Of a DNA stretch of 64,000 nt, positions 11,284-24,662 are shown piece after piece (positions within the stretch are counted from its first letter, which is position 1; every line of letters starts with the position of its first letter). The notes under the pieces are model-generated. The model was not told the origin of the DNA, ran no database searches, and was given only the letters and a program-made list of their open reading frames with translations. This DNA is from Octopus sinensis (Eukaryota). The stretch is from positions 1,798,001 through 1,862,000 of the forward strand of contig NC_043026.1 in the NCBI RefSeq assembly GCF_006345805.1, given 5' to 3'. Both the position numbers and the translations under genes were made by a program.

Positions 11284-11399
11284 TTTCAATAAAGATTCAA
11301 TCTCTTTTCATTACAAATCGTATCAGGCTCTTCTTATTGCTTTGGGAAAAGATTCAACGATTTTTCATAAATTATTAATTATGATGATGATGATGATGA

Positions 11400-11612
11400 T
11401 CCTTTCTACTATTGGCACAAAGCCTGAAATTTTGGGGAGGGGTTAAGTCGATTACATTGAACTCAATACTCAACGGGTACTTAATGTATCAACCCCAAAG
11501 GGATGAAAGGCAAAATTGACCTTGGTGGAATTTGAACTCAGACCATGGCCATAGGCAAAATGGTGTTAGGCATTTTGCCCAGTGTGCTAATGATTCACCC
11601 AGCTTGCCACCT
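11400..11612 (-). mobile_element. tRNA-derived SINE, same family as 7470-7690
   Basis: Reverse complement of ggcaagctggg..ttagcac..gagttcaaattcc..gtacc. Confidence 0.75.
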
Positions 11613-11789
11613 TAATAATAATAATAATAATAACGGCGAGAAACAGAAGAAAATTTGAAGAAAAAAAGGAAAAAACAACAACAATAATAATAATAATAAT
11701 AATACTCCTTTGTGTTATAGGCACAAGGCCTTAATAATAATAATAATGGTTTCAAATGTTGGCACAAGGCTAGCAATTTCGGGGAAATT

Positions 11790-13005
11790 GGTAAGATGAT
11801 GAGTAAATGAGTATTTTTCCGAAATGTCATCTGTTGTTGTGTGACCTCTGACGACTGTGAAGTCCAGTTCTGGAGAGACAGATACATCCGCAAGTGGAGC
11901 ACGTAAAGCTTTGCTGCTGTTGACTTCCAAGGCTGTTTGTTCGGTCACGTATCTCAGTACGAGGGATCCTGTTCCACCAGTGTAAGCCAGGGAGTTGTTG
12001 AAGGCGAGAGATATTAGGCTGTTTGAGCATCTTGATTTGATGCAGGTAGGGCAGCCAAGACTCGCAGCCATTCAGCAGGATTGAGACACAAACAGCATTG
12101 TAGACAGCCACTCTTGTTCTGATGTTTTTGAGTACTTAGCCGACCAAACGCGGCAGAGGCAAGACGAATGCGGCAATGAATATCGTCTGTCAGATCGAGG
12201 GTGTTGTTGAGGACTGAACCAATATGGGAGGAGTATGGGTTGGTGTCAGGAGCGCAACGCTGTTGGAGTATTTCCATCTTCTTAGTATTGATGACTAGGT
12301 CAGCATGGCTGTATGCATCTGACACGGGGTCCGATAGCCTTCGAAGGCCAGCAGAGCTATGGCTGACAAGTGCTGTATCATCTGCATATTGCAACTTAAA
12401 AATGTGTAGAGATGACGTCTTTGTTACAGATCTCAGGCACCTCAGATTGAAAATACTGCCATCTGGCCGGTACCGGACACTCATTGCATCTTTCAGCTTG
12501 AATGGATGTCTGGCATGGAGAGCTACGGCTGCCATGTAAAAGTTGAAGACGACTGGAACAAATACACATCCTTGCTTGATACTGACTTTGACCAGGAAAA
12601 AGTCAGACTGGGTGTTATTATAGACAACCCAGGCCATCATTTCATTGTGGAAGTCCTTCAGAATGGCAAGAAAAAGTGGTCTGGAGGGGTTGCACCTGTT
12701 AGGACTAGAAGGACAACTCTGAACAAAACCATTCAGGACAGGGAAGTCCTTTAGCTACAAAGTGGCATCTTCCCTTGGTGATGATAACGCCAATCTAAAA
12801 TCCATGTGACATCAACACGTCGGCACTTCTCAAGGCTCTGAGTCTGTGGCATGATGTTGCAGCACTGTACGGAGCCAGTTGTCTTGGATAACTGCATGCA
12901 GTGCCAAGTCAGTGGGTCACAGATTGTGCAACCAATTCTCCACGATAAGTTTCCCAGTGCAATCGTTTCTTACATCTATGATTGTGTTTCAAAGCCCTGT
13001 GGCGA
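11790..13005 (-). mobile_element. RTE (BovB-like) LINE, 3' half (RT and C-terminal zinc finger), degenerate
   Basis: ORF-track peptides KQGCVFVP, LQYADDTAL, VYNAVCVSILLNGCESW, FTCSTCGCICLSRTGLHS; degenerate NYRG and EKCR motifs extend to ~13000. Confidence 0.85.
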
Positions 13006-13009
13006 TGGG

Positions 13010-14790
13010 TGCCGAACGGAAGGGGTAGGCTTAGGCTGGCTGGAAACTCTTAGTTCTGCGTTTGCACGCAGGTGGCCTCAGCAAGATGGTTGTTTGTTTC
13101 CCAGACAAGCAGCTGAGACTCTCAGTCCTACTGAGATGACTGAGAAGCCTTGTTTAGGGATCTGCTGCTCACCCCAAGATGGGGAGCAGCCTAGAAAATA
13201 TGGCCTACAAAACGCCTGCTCACACAGCTAATCAGGATGGGTAACCACATCCATTGGATTGTCTTTCAAATGCAGTGAAAACATTAAAAGTAGAATTCAG
13301 CCTCTGAATGTTGCAACCTGGAATGTCTGCACTTTACTGGACGACACCAACACCTCCCATCCCAATCATCACACTGCTTTTGTTGTGGTAGAACTCCAAT
13401 GCTACAACATCGACGTTGCCACCCTCAGGTCACTTACGGATGTACACAACAGATACACTTTTTTCTGGAAAGGTCACGCTACTGGCCCCCCCCCCCCTTA
13501 CATGCATGGTATTGCTTTTGGTATCAGATCAGCTTTGTTCCCATCATTATCTGAGCCACCAGGTGGCATCAGTGAACAGCTCATGACGATGTGCATCCCA
13601 CTAACTCATGGCCGTTTGGCCACACTGTTTAGTGCTTATGCACCGACTCTCACATCAACTGAAGAGGACGAAGATGCCTTCTACGCTTCCCTGCAGCACA
13701 TTCCACATGAAGATAACTCTTGCTTTTAGGTGACTTTAATGTGAGAGTGGGATCAAAATACTGCATTTGGAATGGTATTCTCGGTAGGCACAGCATTGGA
13801 GACACCAACTCAAACAGCCTCCGCCTCCTTCAACTTTATTCTGAATTTTCACTTTGCATCACAAACTCGATATTCCAACTGGCTGAGAAACAGAAAACAA
13901 CATGGATGTACCCCAGATCCAAGCACTGGCATCTGATTGACAATGCCATCACACGCCGCTTGGACCTGCACGATGTGGAAATCACCAGAGTGCCCACTGC
14001 TGCACTGACCATCACTTGATCTGATGCTGGCTACACTTGTGAATTCATCCTCTTATCCATTAGTAAAAGCTGAAGCAGAAGCTAAATGATGGAACCCTGC
14101 AATCCCCTGAAACTAGACAGAAACTGGCAGTAACATTGGAACAAAAGTTTGCCAAACTCCCTGATGCCGAGACAAAACTGGGCCAACTGATGGACAAACT
14201 CTGATGTCAGAGTGCGACACTTTTGCAACCTCTGTCACTGCCAAAGATATACTTGGTGTTCTGAATAGACGTCATCAGGACTGGATTGATGACAACTCGG
14301 CAGAGATCCACTCACTCCTACATGAGAAGAATGCAGCACACAACAGATGTCTCCGTCAACCAACGGCAGCCAACCACAGACAATGAGCAAGTCTCCACTC
14401 TGATGTCCAGTGAAAACTCAGAACCACACAGAACAAATGGTGGAAGACTAAAGCACAAGAAAAACAAGGCTATGCTGGCACAAACAACATCCAAGCTTTC
14501 TACGAATCCATAAAGACTGCATCTGGCCCAATTAGAAGCTCCATGATTCAACATCCCTCATCAAGGACCGAGATGGCATTCTGTCACAATGGGCTGAACC
14601 CTTCAACACCCTCCTCTACTGTAGAAACCCCTTTAACCTTTCTTTTCTTGACAATATCCCTTCACTACCACCCATCAATTGCCTAGATGATACACCAACC
14701 TTTGGAGAATCGAATCTGCAATAAATGACCTGAATTTGAACAAGGCATCCAGTATTGACCATCTCGCAGCCAAGATTAAAGACATAAAGC
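13010..14790 (+). mobile_element. RTE (BovB-like) LINE, 5' half (5' UTR, AP endonuclease, linker), inverted relative to its 3' half
   Basis: LNVATWNVCTLLD, AYAPTL, GDFNVRVG, TWMYPRSKHWHLID, RRHQDWIDDN; ends at degenerate KASSID (KAPGPD-like). Confidence 0.85.
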
Positions 14791-15164
14791 AACCCAGAAC
14801 ATAAAGACAGATGAAATGCCACAAAGCATTTTGCCCAACAAGCTAATGATTCTTGCAGCTCAAAAGAAATCTGATGTTATAAATAGTCTATTGTTTCGAT
14901 GGCCTCCTTGTGGTTAAGTTTTGTACACAGAACTCCATAAATGATTTGATGAATGCACAGATGTCACCGTGACCCACAAAGAATTTTGTGTGACCTACAT
15001 CTGAACCATAGACATATGGCTCTCTTTGTGGATCAATGAGTTAATGGAAAATGTCAAGAGAAAAAAAAAAGAAAAAATCCAGTAAAATACCAACCTGGTA
15101 TTGTTGTTATTGTTGTCACCACCATCTTCATTATCTCAGTTTTTAAATGTTTTTTTTTCTTGGT

Positions 15165-15430
15165 GGCTGTGTGGTAAGAACCTTTCTTTCCAACCACATG
15201 GTTCTGGGTTCAGTCCCACTGCATGACAGCTTGGGCAGGTGTCTTTTACTATAGCCCCAGGCTCGCCAAAGCCTTGTGTGTGGATTTTGTAGACAGAAAC
15301 TGAAAGAAGCCCATCATATATATACATGTGTGCATGTGTGTGTGTGTGTGTCTGTCTGTCTTTGTGCCTGTGTTTGTTCCCCACCACTGCTTGACAACTG
15401 GTGTTGGTGTGTTTATGTCCTTGTAACAAA
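15165..15430 (+). mobile_element. SINE family S1
   Basis: ggctgtgtggtaagaacc..gggttcagtccc..gacagaaactgaaagaagccc-(TG)n. Confidence 0.8.
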
Positions 15431-15589
15431 GTAGTTTATGTTAATGGCCTGATCCTAACGCATAAAGCCAACGCCATTGCTCATTGGACATGATTTTAAG
15501 GCATTTGAATGTTGGTTTTACTGTTGGCAATAAAGACATGGAATCTCTTTTATGGTTCTAAAAGGTAAGCTTTGTAGTTCACATTTTTC

Positions 15590-16680
15590 CCTTCAGAGAA
15601 TACAAACTAAACATTTTATGCAGCTGAATCTGGTGTTGATGGAGCCCATCATCAATTTTGTGCAGCTTCCCTTGAAACTGTATCAGCCACAAGACATCTA
15701 CAATGTTGATGAAACTAGGATCTACTTTTGTGCATTACCAAGGAATACATATGTCAATGAGGGTTGCAAGAAAACTGTGAGGGGCTTTAAGATGGCAAAG
15801 GGCCGTGTGACCTTGATGGTGGCCTGCAAGATGAATGGAGACAAAGAAGATTTGCTCTTAATTGTAAAGGCTGGATTGCCAAGATGCTTTAAAAATATCA
15901 AAACACTTCCAATTCAATATGACTTTTCAACCAATGCTTAGATGATGGAAAAAAATCTATGGAAGATGTCTCAGATCTTGGGATTGTTGTTTGCAGGAAT
16001 CTGGAAGACAAGTGGTAGTCCTACTTGACAATTGCTCTTCTCATGTAGTCATCAATGATTGCAAGAATATCCCTTAACAGTTTCTTCCTCCCAGCACAAT
16101 GTCAGTGCTGCAGCCCTGTGACACAGGGATATAATCAGTCATGAACTGTGCAAGAAGATCATTGATGTTATGGAAGACACAGAATGGGATATTTTTGTTC
16201 AAGACGTTGCAAAGTAGATCCCCATTTTGGATGTACATGTTGAATGTCGCTTGGAAGAAGGTCTTTAACAAGACAATCAAATGTTGTTGGACCAAAGCTG
16301 GTTTTGTTTTGGCCGAAGAATCAAATGTAGCCATAGATGTTAACGGAGATTCGATCCTGCTGGATTGACCCAAAAGCAATCGTAGAAATGTTCTGCAGAT
16401 GAGGTGCTGTTGTTGCTCCAGAGATCATCACTGAAGAAGAACGACAAGATGAGATCATTCATGACTTTTGGCAATCTGAAAAGGAAACTGAAGGAGATGA
16501 AGATTCTAACGTTGGTGTTGATGAAAGAGTTCCGGAGTCTTCAACACCAGCTGAAATGAAACACTATCTAAGAACTCAATTAGAAACAGGCCTTGAAAGT
16601 TTTTGAATCTTTTTAGAACTCTTAAGGAAAAAAAATTCAAAACATCCAGCAAAGCAAACAATACTCAACAAATTTTTTAT
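15590..16680 (+). pseudogene. pogo/Tigger-type (DDE_1) transposase remnant
   Basis: DIYNVDETRIYF, RVTLMVACKMNG, PRCFKNIKTLP, VVVLLDNCSSH, FLPPSTMSVLQPCDTGI, acidic tail; stops and frameshifts. Confidence 0.85.
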
Positions 16681-16800
16681 TCTCTTTTACTCTTTTACTT
16701 GTTTCAGTCATTTGACTGTGGCCATGCTGGAGCACCGCGTTTAGTTGAGCAAATCGACCCCAGGACTAATTCTTTGTAAGCCTAGTACTTATTCTATCGG

Positions 16801-17625
16801 TTCATAGTATTCGCGTAAGCGTGCCTGTTCATACCTACACATGTGCGCCCGTACACCCATATGCATGCGCCTAAAGCTATATATTTATCCACCCTCACTT
16901 GAAAACATACACATCCTTCGCCAAATGTATATGCATATACATACAAACTTACACACATATATTGAAGGTCACCTCGGGTGAGTAGTGGGGTGGGAACCAG
17001 ATGGTTTTCCTATTCCTATGTCTCCTCTTCTTTATTGTTGGGCTGGTGGTAGGTGTATAGGTTATTTCCTCGCTAAAACCACTATCTTTTAGAGTCTTAT
17101 TATATACAACGCTATTAAAAATGTCCTTATCTTAGGAGAGGCTAGAAATTCTCTTGCTAATGTTTTTAACTAAATTTTCTAAACACTATGGGGGGATGGC
17201 ATGAACCTACATTAATATAACTAAGTCTATCATTGGGCTTCCGATAAGGCTTATAACTGTTCTTATTTAGATCTAAGGATACGTCTAAGAAATTGACAAC
17301 CGTCAGGTTGGTGTCTGTAGTTATACTAAGTCCGGTGGATGAAAATATAGCTTTAGGCGCACGCACTTGGGTGTGCGGGGGCACATGTGTAGGTATGAAG
17401 AGGCGCGCTTACGCGAATACTATGAACTTTTTACCCCATTACTTAGCTGTCATTCGAATAGCTCTTTTGTCTTAATAACGGTCAATCACACAGTAATTTC
17501 CTTTTGTATAATGGTCATTTTTCATAGCATTTTTCCAATGGCCGGATAACTGAAGAGATGGCAGTGTGGATTTCCACCCCAGCATCTGAAACTCGGAGTT
17601 TTATCATGGCTACTGAATAATTGTC
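16801..17625 (-). mobile_element. Internally deleted Penelope-like element with inverted terminal (pLTR-like) segment
   Basis: Minus RT fragment GLSITTDTNLTVVNFLDVSLDLNKNSYKPYRKPND..HPP..SKRIS...RKTIWFPPHY (16960-17335); 16801-16893 is the reverse complement of 17334-17426. Confidence 0.85.
17545..17605 (+). ncRNA. Type I hammerhead ribozyme in the inverted pLTR
   Basis: GATAA-CTGAAGA-GATG...CATC-T-GAAA-CTC-G-GAG-TT-TTATC; 5-bp stem I. Confidence 0.7.
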
Positions 17626-17640
17626 ACATATTACATTTAC

Positions 17641-17677
<37 letters not shown>

Positions 17678-18129
17678 GTGAGTCCACCATTGACTTGTAT
17701 ATTAACTCTATAAATACAAATACCTCTTTTGATGTTTTATCAAATTGCAATAACACTGAATTAAAATATTTACACAGATTTTTCCCCTCCTGAAGCGGAC
17801 CCCGTATATATGAATGAGTGGAGAAACGAAGAAAGAGATTTATTGAGAGTTCCACGTATTATTCAAAATAGTTTGACTTGAATAATACATGTAACTGCCA
17901 ATAGCTATTCCAGGTGATGGTGGTGGTCATGGCAGTCAAGCATGTTTGAGTGTGTGTGTGTAAGTTAGACTGTACTTCCTTATAAATTGTTTCCACACCT
18001 CACTTTTCAGGTACCCCACCCATACAGTCCCCATCCACACTCAGCTTCCCTAACCTTCCACTTCTTTCTCCTTCTCGACTTTTTTCCCTTCCCAGCCTGA
18101 AAATAGTTTATTTACGTAAGAAGAGGATA

Positions 18130-18525
18130 TATTTAGATTGATAGTGATGGTGGGGTGGAGGTAGTGTGGTATTGTTGTTGGTGGTGATGGTGGTGGTGGT
18201 GATGGTGCTGCTGATGGTGGTGCTGCTGCTGATGATGATGATGGTAATGGTGATGGTGGTGGTAGTGGTGGTGACGATGATGGTGGTGGTGGTGGTGGTG
18301 ATGATGGTGGTGATGGTGGTGGTGGTGACGATGATGGCGGTGGTGATGGTGCTGATGATGGTAATGGTGATGGTGGTGGTGGTGACGATGATGATGATGT
18401 GGTGGTGGTGGTGATGATGATGATGATGATGATGGTGGTGATGGTGGCGGTGGTGGTGGTGGCAGTCATGATTTTGAGTGTGTGCATGTGCGTGTGTATG
18501 TGTGTATGCATGGCTGTCTGCTGAT

Positions 18526-18560
<35 letters not shown>

Positions 18561-18600
18561 AAGTGATGGTTGTTGTTGATCATGTTTTCAGTTGACCCCT
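18130..18600. repeat. (GGT)n/(GAT)n/(GT)n low-complexity tract
   Basis: Direct inspection. Confidence 0.9.
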
Positions 18601-19619
18601 CACCAAAGTCATTTCAACTGTGATGACTGTGTTGTTTCCGGGCCCTGTGCACCTTGGACTACATCAGCCTATGTGTTCTTCCTTTATAAAAAGAAGTCCA
18701 TTTGCAACTAGAGGGAGATTTAGCGGCAATTTACAGCAGTTTTAAACCAGCAATGAATCAAGGTTCCCTTGCTGGTCCTTGATGGGTTGTTGTGGTCCTA
18801 CGTGGTGGTCGTGGCAATAATGATGATGATGATGATGATGATGATGGTGATGATAGTCTCCATGCACCCCCCAATACCACCACCACCACCATCACCAATC
18901 TAAGTTTATCTTCTTCCCTCATGTGTAATGATTAATTTTGTTTAACTCCTGCCCCATCTTGATCTAGCAGCCCTATAATTAAAGATGTTCCATTTGTGAC
19001 CATCCTGCCCTCTTCATATGTATAGTGAACCCAGATTTACCCAATGTATTCTTTCTTAAGATGGAGGAGTATGTTTGGAAGGGGAATTTGTTGCTATTTT
19101 TAGTAGGTCAGTAAACCATGTGTGTATGGTGTGTATGTGTGATGATGATGATGATGGTGGTGCTGGAGGTCTTGAAGATAATAGAAATGTAACAATCGAC
19201 TCACTGATTGAACAGCCCAAGGCATCCCAGCCATGGCCTTCCTGTCCTTTTTCCTATGTGCACCAAAACGAAACCCATATTAACTAACGTGATCTTTCCA
19301 AAGATGGTAGAATGTGATTTGAAGGAGATTTGGCTGCTGTTTCTAAAATGTCTTCCTCATTGGCACAGATATGGCTGTGAGGTTAAGAACCTCTCTTTGC
19401 AACTACATGGTTTCAGGTTCATTCCTACTGTATGGTACCTTGGGCAAGTATTTTTTTTATTATAGCTTCAGGCCAATTAATACCTTGTGAATGGAAACTG
19501 TGTGGAAGCCTGCCATATGACTGTGTCAGTTTTTTTCTGACAGAGAAAGACTGAGAGAACTTTTATCTTTTATCTGCCCCCACCTTATAATAGAATTTTT
19601 AGTCAAATGAATCAACCCC

Positions 19620-20065
19620 AGTACTTATTTATCGTTTTAAAGCCTGCTACTTATTCTATTCGTCTCTTTTTGCTGAACTGCAAAGTCACGGGGACATAAA
19701 TATACCAACACCGGTTGTCAAGTGGTGATGAGGACAAACACAGGCACAAAGACACACACTCATCCCCCTCATATATATATATATAAACAAATTGTGGAAG
19801 TGTTGAATGTGGTTGGTATTTTGCTGCAAAGTTGTAAGAACAACAGAGAAAGATTGGGTATTTACCCTTATAAGATAGAAAAAGTAGGCAGCTATGAGAG
19901 TTGAACGACGGGCTTCTTTCAGTTTCCACCTACCAAATCCACTCACAAAGCTTTGGTTGGCCCATGGCTATAGTAGAAGACACTTGCCCAAGGTGCCATG
20001 CAGTAGGATTGAACTGGGAACTGTGTGGTTTTGGAAGCAAGCTTCTTACCACACAGCCACGTCTA
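19620..20065 (-). mobile_element. SINE family S1
   Basis: Reverse complement of the S1 head and tail. Confidence 0.75.
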
Positions 20066-20319
20066 AGCACCAAACTTAAAAATTATGTTCCGGGTTCGAT
20101 TTATTTCACTAAATCCTTCAAAGCAGTGCTCCAGCATGGCAACGTTCCAATGACTGAATCAAATAATAGAAATGGTAGTGAGAGTGTTGTGGGGGCGTAT
20201 ATAGGTGTCTTGAAGATATTGGTTGAGAAGGTATGATTAGGGTGAGAGGTGTGTGGCATGAGTGGAATGAACAAGTAGGTAAGATAAAAAATGCAAATTT
20301 GAGCTGCTTCTATTTTGGT

Positions 20320-20591
20320 TACAAGTATATATATGTGTGTGTGTATATGTTGTGTGCCTCTGTGTGTGTGTGTGTTTGTGTATATATGTGTGTGTATATG
20401 TTGTGTGCCTCTGTGTGTGTGTGTGTGTGTTTGTGTATTTGTCTGTGTGCGCTTGTATGCAGCTGCACATCTGTGTTCCTTTAAGAGTGAATCAATGTGT
20501 ATCTTAATGAAAGTGCACGTGTGTGTGTGTGTGTGTGTGTGCGTGTGTGTGTGTGTGGTGTGTGTGTGCGTGCGTGTGTGTGTGTGTGTGT

Positions 20592-20629
<38 letters not shown>

Positions 20630-20795
20630 TGTGTGTGTGTGTGTGTGTGTGTATTGTGTGTGTGTGTGTGTGTGTGTGTGCGTGCGTGTGTGTGTGTGTA
20701 TTGTGTGTGTGTGTGTGTGTGTGTGTATTGTGTGTGTGTGTGTGTGTGTGCGTGCGTGTGTGTGCGTGCGTGTGTGTGTGTGTGTGTGTGTGTGT

Positions 20796-20842
<47 letters not shown>

Positions 20843-20890
20843 GTGTGTGTGTGAGTACAATTGTCTGTGCATTTGTGAGTGTGTGTATAT
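20320..20890. repeat. Long compound (GT)n microsatellite
   Basis: Direct inspection. Confidence 0.95.
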
Positions 20891-20909
20891 TAAGTACAAA
20901 TAGATGAGG

Positions 20910-21062
20910 TCATGGCTGTGCGGTAAGAAGCTTGCATCCCAACCACATGGTTCCAGGTTCAGTCCCACTGTATGGCATCTTGGGTAAGTGTCTTTTAATA
21001 TAGCCTTTGGCCGACCAAAGCCTTGTGAGTGGATTTGGCAGACAGAAACTGAAAGAAGCCTG
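20910..21062 (+). mobile_element. SINE family S1, head part
   Basis: catggctgtgcggtaagaagcttgc..ggttcagtccc. Confidence 0.75.
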
Positions 21063-21218
21063 TATGTATATATATATGTATATATAAGTTCAGCAAAAAT
21101 TTAGATTCAAATGAATATGGAACTTAATTTAGATGCACCAGAATTTTGTATGGTGTTATCCATAAAAATCCATGGGGTGATTATAATCAAAATAAGCAAC
21201 TAGAATGACTCCGGTAAT

Positions 21219-21304
21219 TTGGTACGATCGTTTCGTACTACATCATTTTATTAAATGTTGTAAGTATTACAACAGATTTAAGATGCTGAATACTCATCAG
21301 CCAA
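21219..21304 (-). ncRNA. Type I hammerhead ribozyme, intact (family B)
   Basis: Minus strand TTGG-CTGATGA-GTA...long hairpin...TAC-GAAA-CGATCG-TA-CCAA; perfect palindrome ACGATCGT; flanks homologous to 40420-40700 and 63440-63650. Confidence 0.85.
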
Positions 21305-21861
21305 TTATAGAGGTTTTCCATTAATACAAAAATTTTCCAATCAAGTGGCAACATTATAGAGAAGGTAGATATACAGACAAAGTTCGGGATTTAAATTTTA
21401 AGAATATATGAGGTAGTGAAGTCCTTCCACTGACTGACTAAGATTTGGTTGTTCCTGACTGCTGTAAGGTTGGAAGCAATAAAGATTTTTTAATTGTAGA
21501 AATGGGGTAAAGGGGGTTTCAGAACTCCATAAATGGAATTCATGTTGAAGACAGCAATTGCCACTAATAAATGCCAATTACTGCTATTTGATGAGAGAAC
21601 TAGGTCAATGTCAAATGGTCCCAATCCTATTCACAGACAGTGTAATTTAGAGAAAAAAAAATTTCCCAGCCTCCCATAAATATGATAAAATAATTTCTAG
21701 AGGATCAGTGAGAATTTCATATTCCACTCTCCCAAACATGGCTACCATAATAGCTGGACCTAATAGTAAAAACATTAAGTTAGCCAGGAGTAGAATGAAT
21801 AGTAACAACAATGATGACAATAATAATTGTAATAATAGTATTAACAATAGTAATAATAATA

Positions 21862-21895
<34 letters not shown>

Positions 21896-23059
21896 TTTAT
21901 GGTAATAATAAAAATAATAAAAGCACCCACTACACTCTCGGAGTGGTTGGCGTTAGGAAAGGCGTCCAGCTGTAGAAACTCTGCCAGATCAGACTGGAGC
22001 CTGGTGCAGCCATCTGGTTCGCTAGACCTCAGTCAAATCATCCAACCCATGCTAGCATGGAAAGCGGACGTTAAACGATGATGATGATGATGATGTGTAT
22101 ATGTATATATATATATATATACACATACGTTTATGTATTTGTTTTGCAAGATTCCTGATGTGAAATCGTGTGTTGAAAGAGATATTGTTATATTTCAGGA
22201 TGGTGATTTTTTCTTTTTGCCTACAATGGACTAAACAGAACAAGAGGACACACATGGAACAGAGGTGTCACTGAAGAGGTCCCAGGTGTGTGATGAAAGA
22301 TTTCCAGGTAATGGACATAAGATAAGATAAGCACAATAATAAACGAGTGAGGAATGAATATATTAGCACTTGGGTTTATTAGACAAGGAACCAAAAATGG
22401 CCATCCTGAAATATAACAATGTGTGTGTGTATATATTTATGTGTGTGTATGTGTGTATGTATGTATGTTTGTATGTTTGTATGTTTGTATGTTTTGTGTA
22501 TATGTATGTTTGTGCTTGTATCTATGTGTGTGCGTGTGTGCATTTCTGTTGTCTTTCAATTTTGTAATTGTTGTTTGACTAATTTCGTTTTCCAAACATA
22601 GCCTCAAACCCACAATCTCATTCATATGACATAACAACTGATAAAACTGCACCAAGAATTAAATAGCAAAATCACTGGCAACAAATAAAGAAATAAATAT
22701 ATTCATAAATAAACAAATGAATAAATCAAAATATAAAACAAAAGTTTTGGAAGAACAAAGAAAAATGAAGAGAAGCAAAGAAATAAAATTTAAAGCTTTT
22801 CTCAGAATTCGGTTTTATTAATGAGAAACATTAATGCATGCATAATTAATGATTAGCAACACAAGAAGTAATAAAACCAAAAAGAAACCGTTGTATCCAA
22901 CTTAATGTGGAGGTTTTGTAGGAATCGGGAATACTGCATGATTAGCTTTGAGAGATCCTCCTGACAGCTTCTGTCAAGCTATCCAACCATGCCAGCATGG
23001 AAAACAGACACTAACTGATGAAAATGATTATGATGATGATGATGATGTTATCATCGTGA

Positions 23060-23475
<416 letters not shown>

Positions 23476-23699
23476 TCAATATAGGGTGGCAAAAAAAAAA
23501 TTTTGTAGAATTCTTTTTGCCACCAGCGGCCTAGTGGGAAAAAATTAAATAGTCATAGACCATTTTTAAGTTCAACATCAACAATCAAGGAACGGCCATG
23601 ATAGGCCATTCACCCACTAGAAATAACAGCCAAAGCTTCAACCGCAAATAAAGATTAATTCCGTAAACAGGACAAAATTTAAAAACATTTACCCTGTAA

Positions 23700-23804
23700 T
23701 TTCTTGTACGATGCACCGTTTCATCTGCTGTTTAATGGTAAACTAACCTGATTAAATTAAATCAAGCCAATCTTCCATAGGCCCTCAGATTCTTCAGCAA
23801 GAAA
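23700..23804 (-). ncRNA. Type I hammerhead ribozyme (family C), left arm
   Basis: Reverse complement of 24285-24389, core intact. Confidence 0.85.
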
Positions 23805-24284
23805 TAGCCAAGTCGGAACAGATATTTTCACGAGGCATTTCCGACCCTGCCAAGGTAATATCTGACCTAAAATTTTCAAATCGTCGCACTCGCGCCAAAT
23901 TTATTGGCAGCAAATAAATATAAGCCATCGATTCCATTACGGAATTAACCAGAAAATTCATAATTAATCAATATAGGGTGGCAAAAAAAAAAAAAAAAAA
24001 TTTTGTAGAATTCTTTTTGCCACCAGCGGCCTAGTGGGAAAAAATTTTTTCCCACTAGGCCGCTGGTGGCAAAAAGAATTCTACAAAATTTTTTTTTTTT
24101 TTTTTTGCCACCCTATATTGATTAATTATGAATTTTCTGGTTAATTCCGTAATGGAATCGACGGCTTATATTTATTTGCTGCCGATAAATTTGGCGCGAG
24201 TGCGACGATTTGAAAATTTTAGGTCAGATATTACCTTGGCAGGGTCGGAAATGCCTCATGAAAATATCTGTTCCGACTTGGCTA

Positions 24285-24389
24285 TTTCTTGCTGAAGAAT
24301 CTGAGGGCCTATGGAAGATTGGCTTGATTTAATTTAATCAGGTTAGTTTACCATTAAACAGCAGATGAAACGGTGCATCGTACAAGAAA
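24285..24389 (+). ncRNA. Type I hammerhead ribozyme (family C), right arm
   Basis: TTTCTTG-CTGAAGA-ATCTG...CAGAT-GAAA-CG-GTGCAT-CG-TA-CAAGAAA; 7-bp stem I, extended stem II. Confidence 0.85.
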
Positions 24390-24586
24390 TTACAGGGTAA
24401 ATGTTTTTTAAATTTTCTCCTGTTTACGGAATTAATCTTTATTTGCGGTTGAAGCTTTGGCTGTTATTTCTAGTGGGTGAATGGCCTATCATGGCCGTTC
24501 CTTGATTGTTGATATATATATATATATATATACATATGTATATATGTATATATGTATATATATATATATGTATATATGTATATATA

Positions 24587-24659
<73 letters not shown>

Positions 24660-24662
<3 letters not shown>

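Noticed and set aside
18050-18583. Proline/serine-rich 177-aa ORF (and the similar one at 57907-58209)
   Set aside because: Low-complexity (GGT)n/(GAT)n tract with no splice or domain support.
22266-22310. CTGAAGA...GAAA on plus
   Set aside because: No consistent stem I or stem II.
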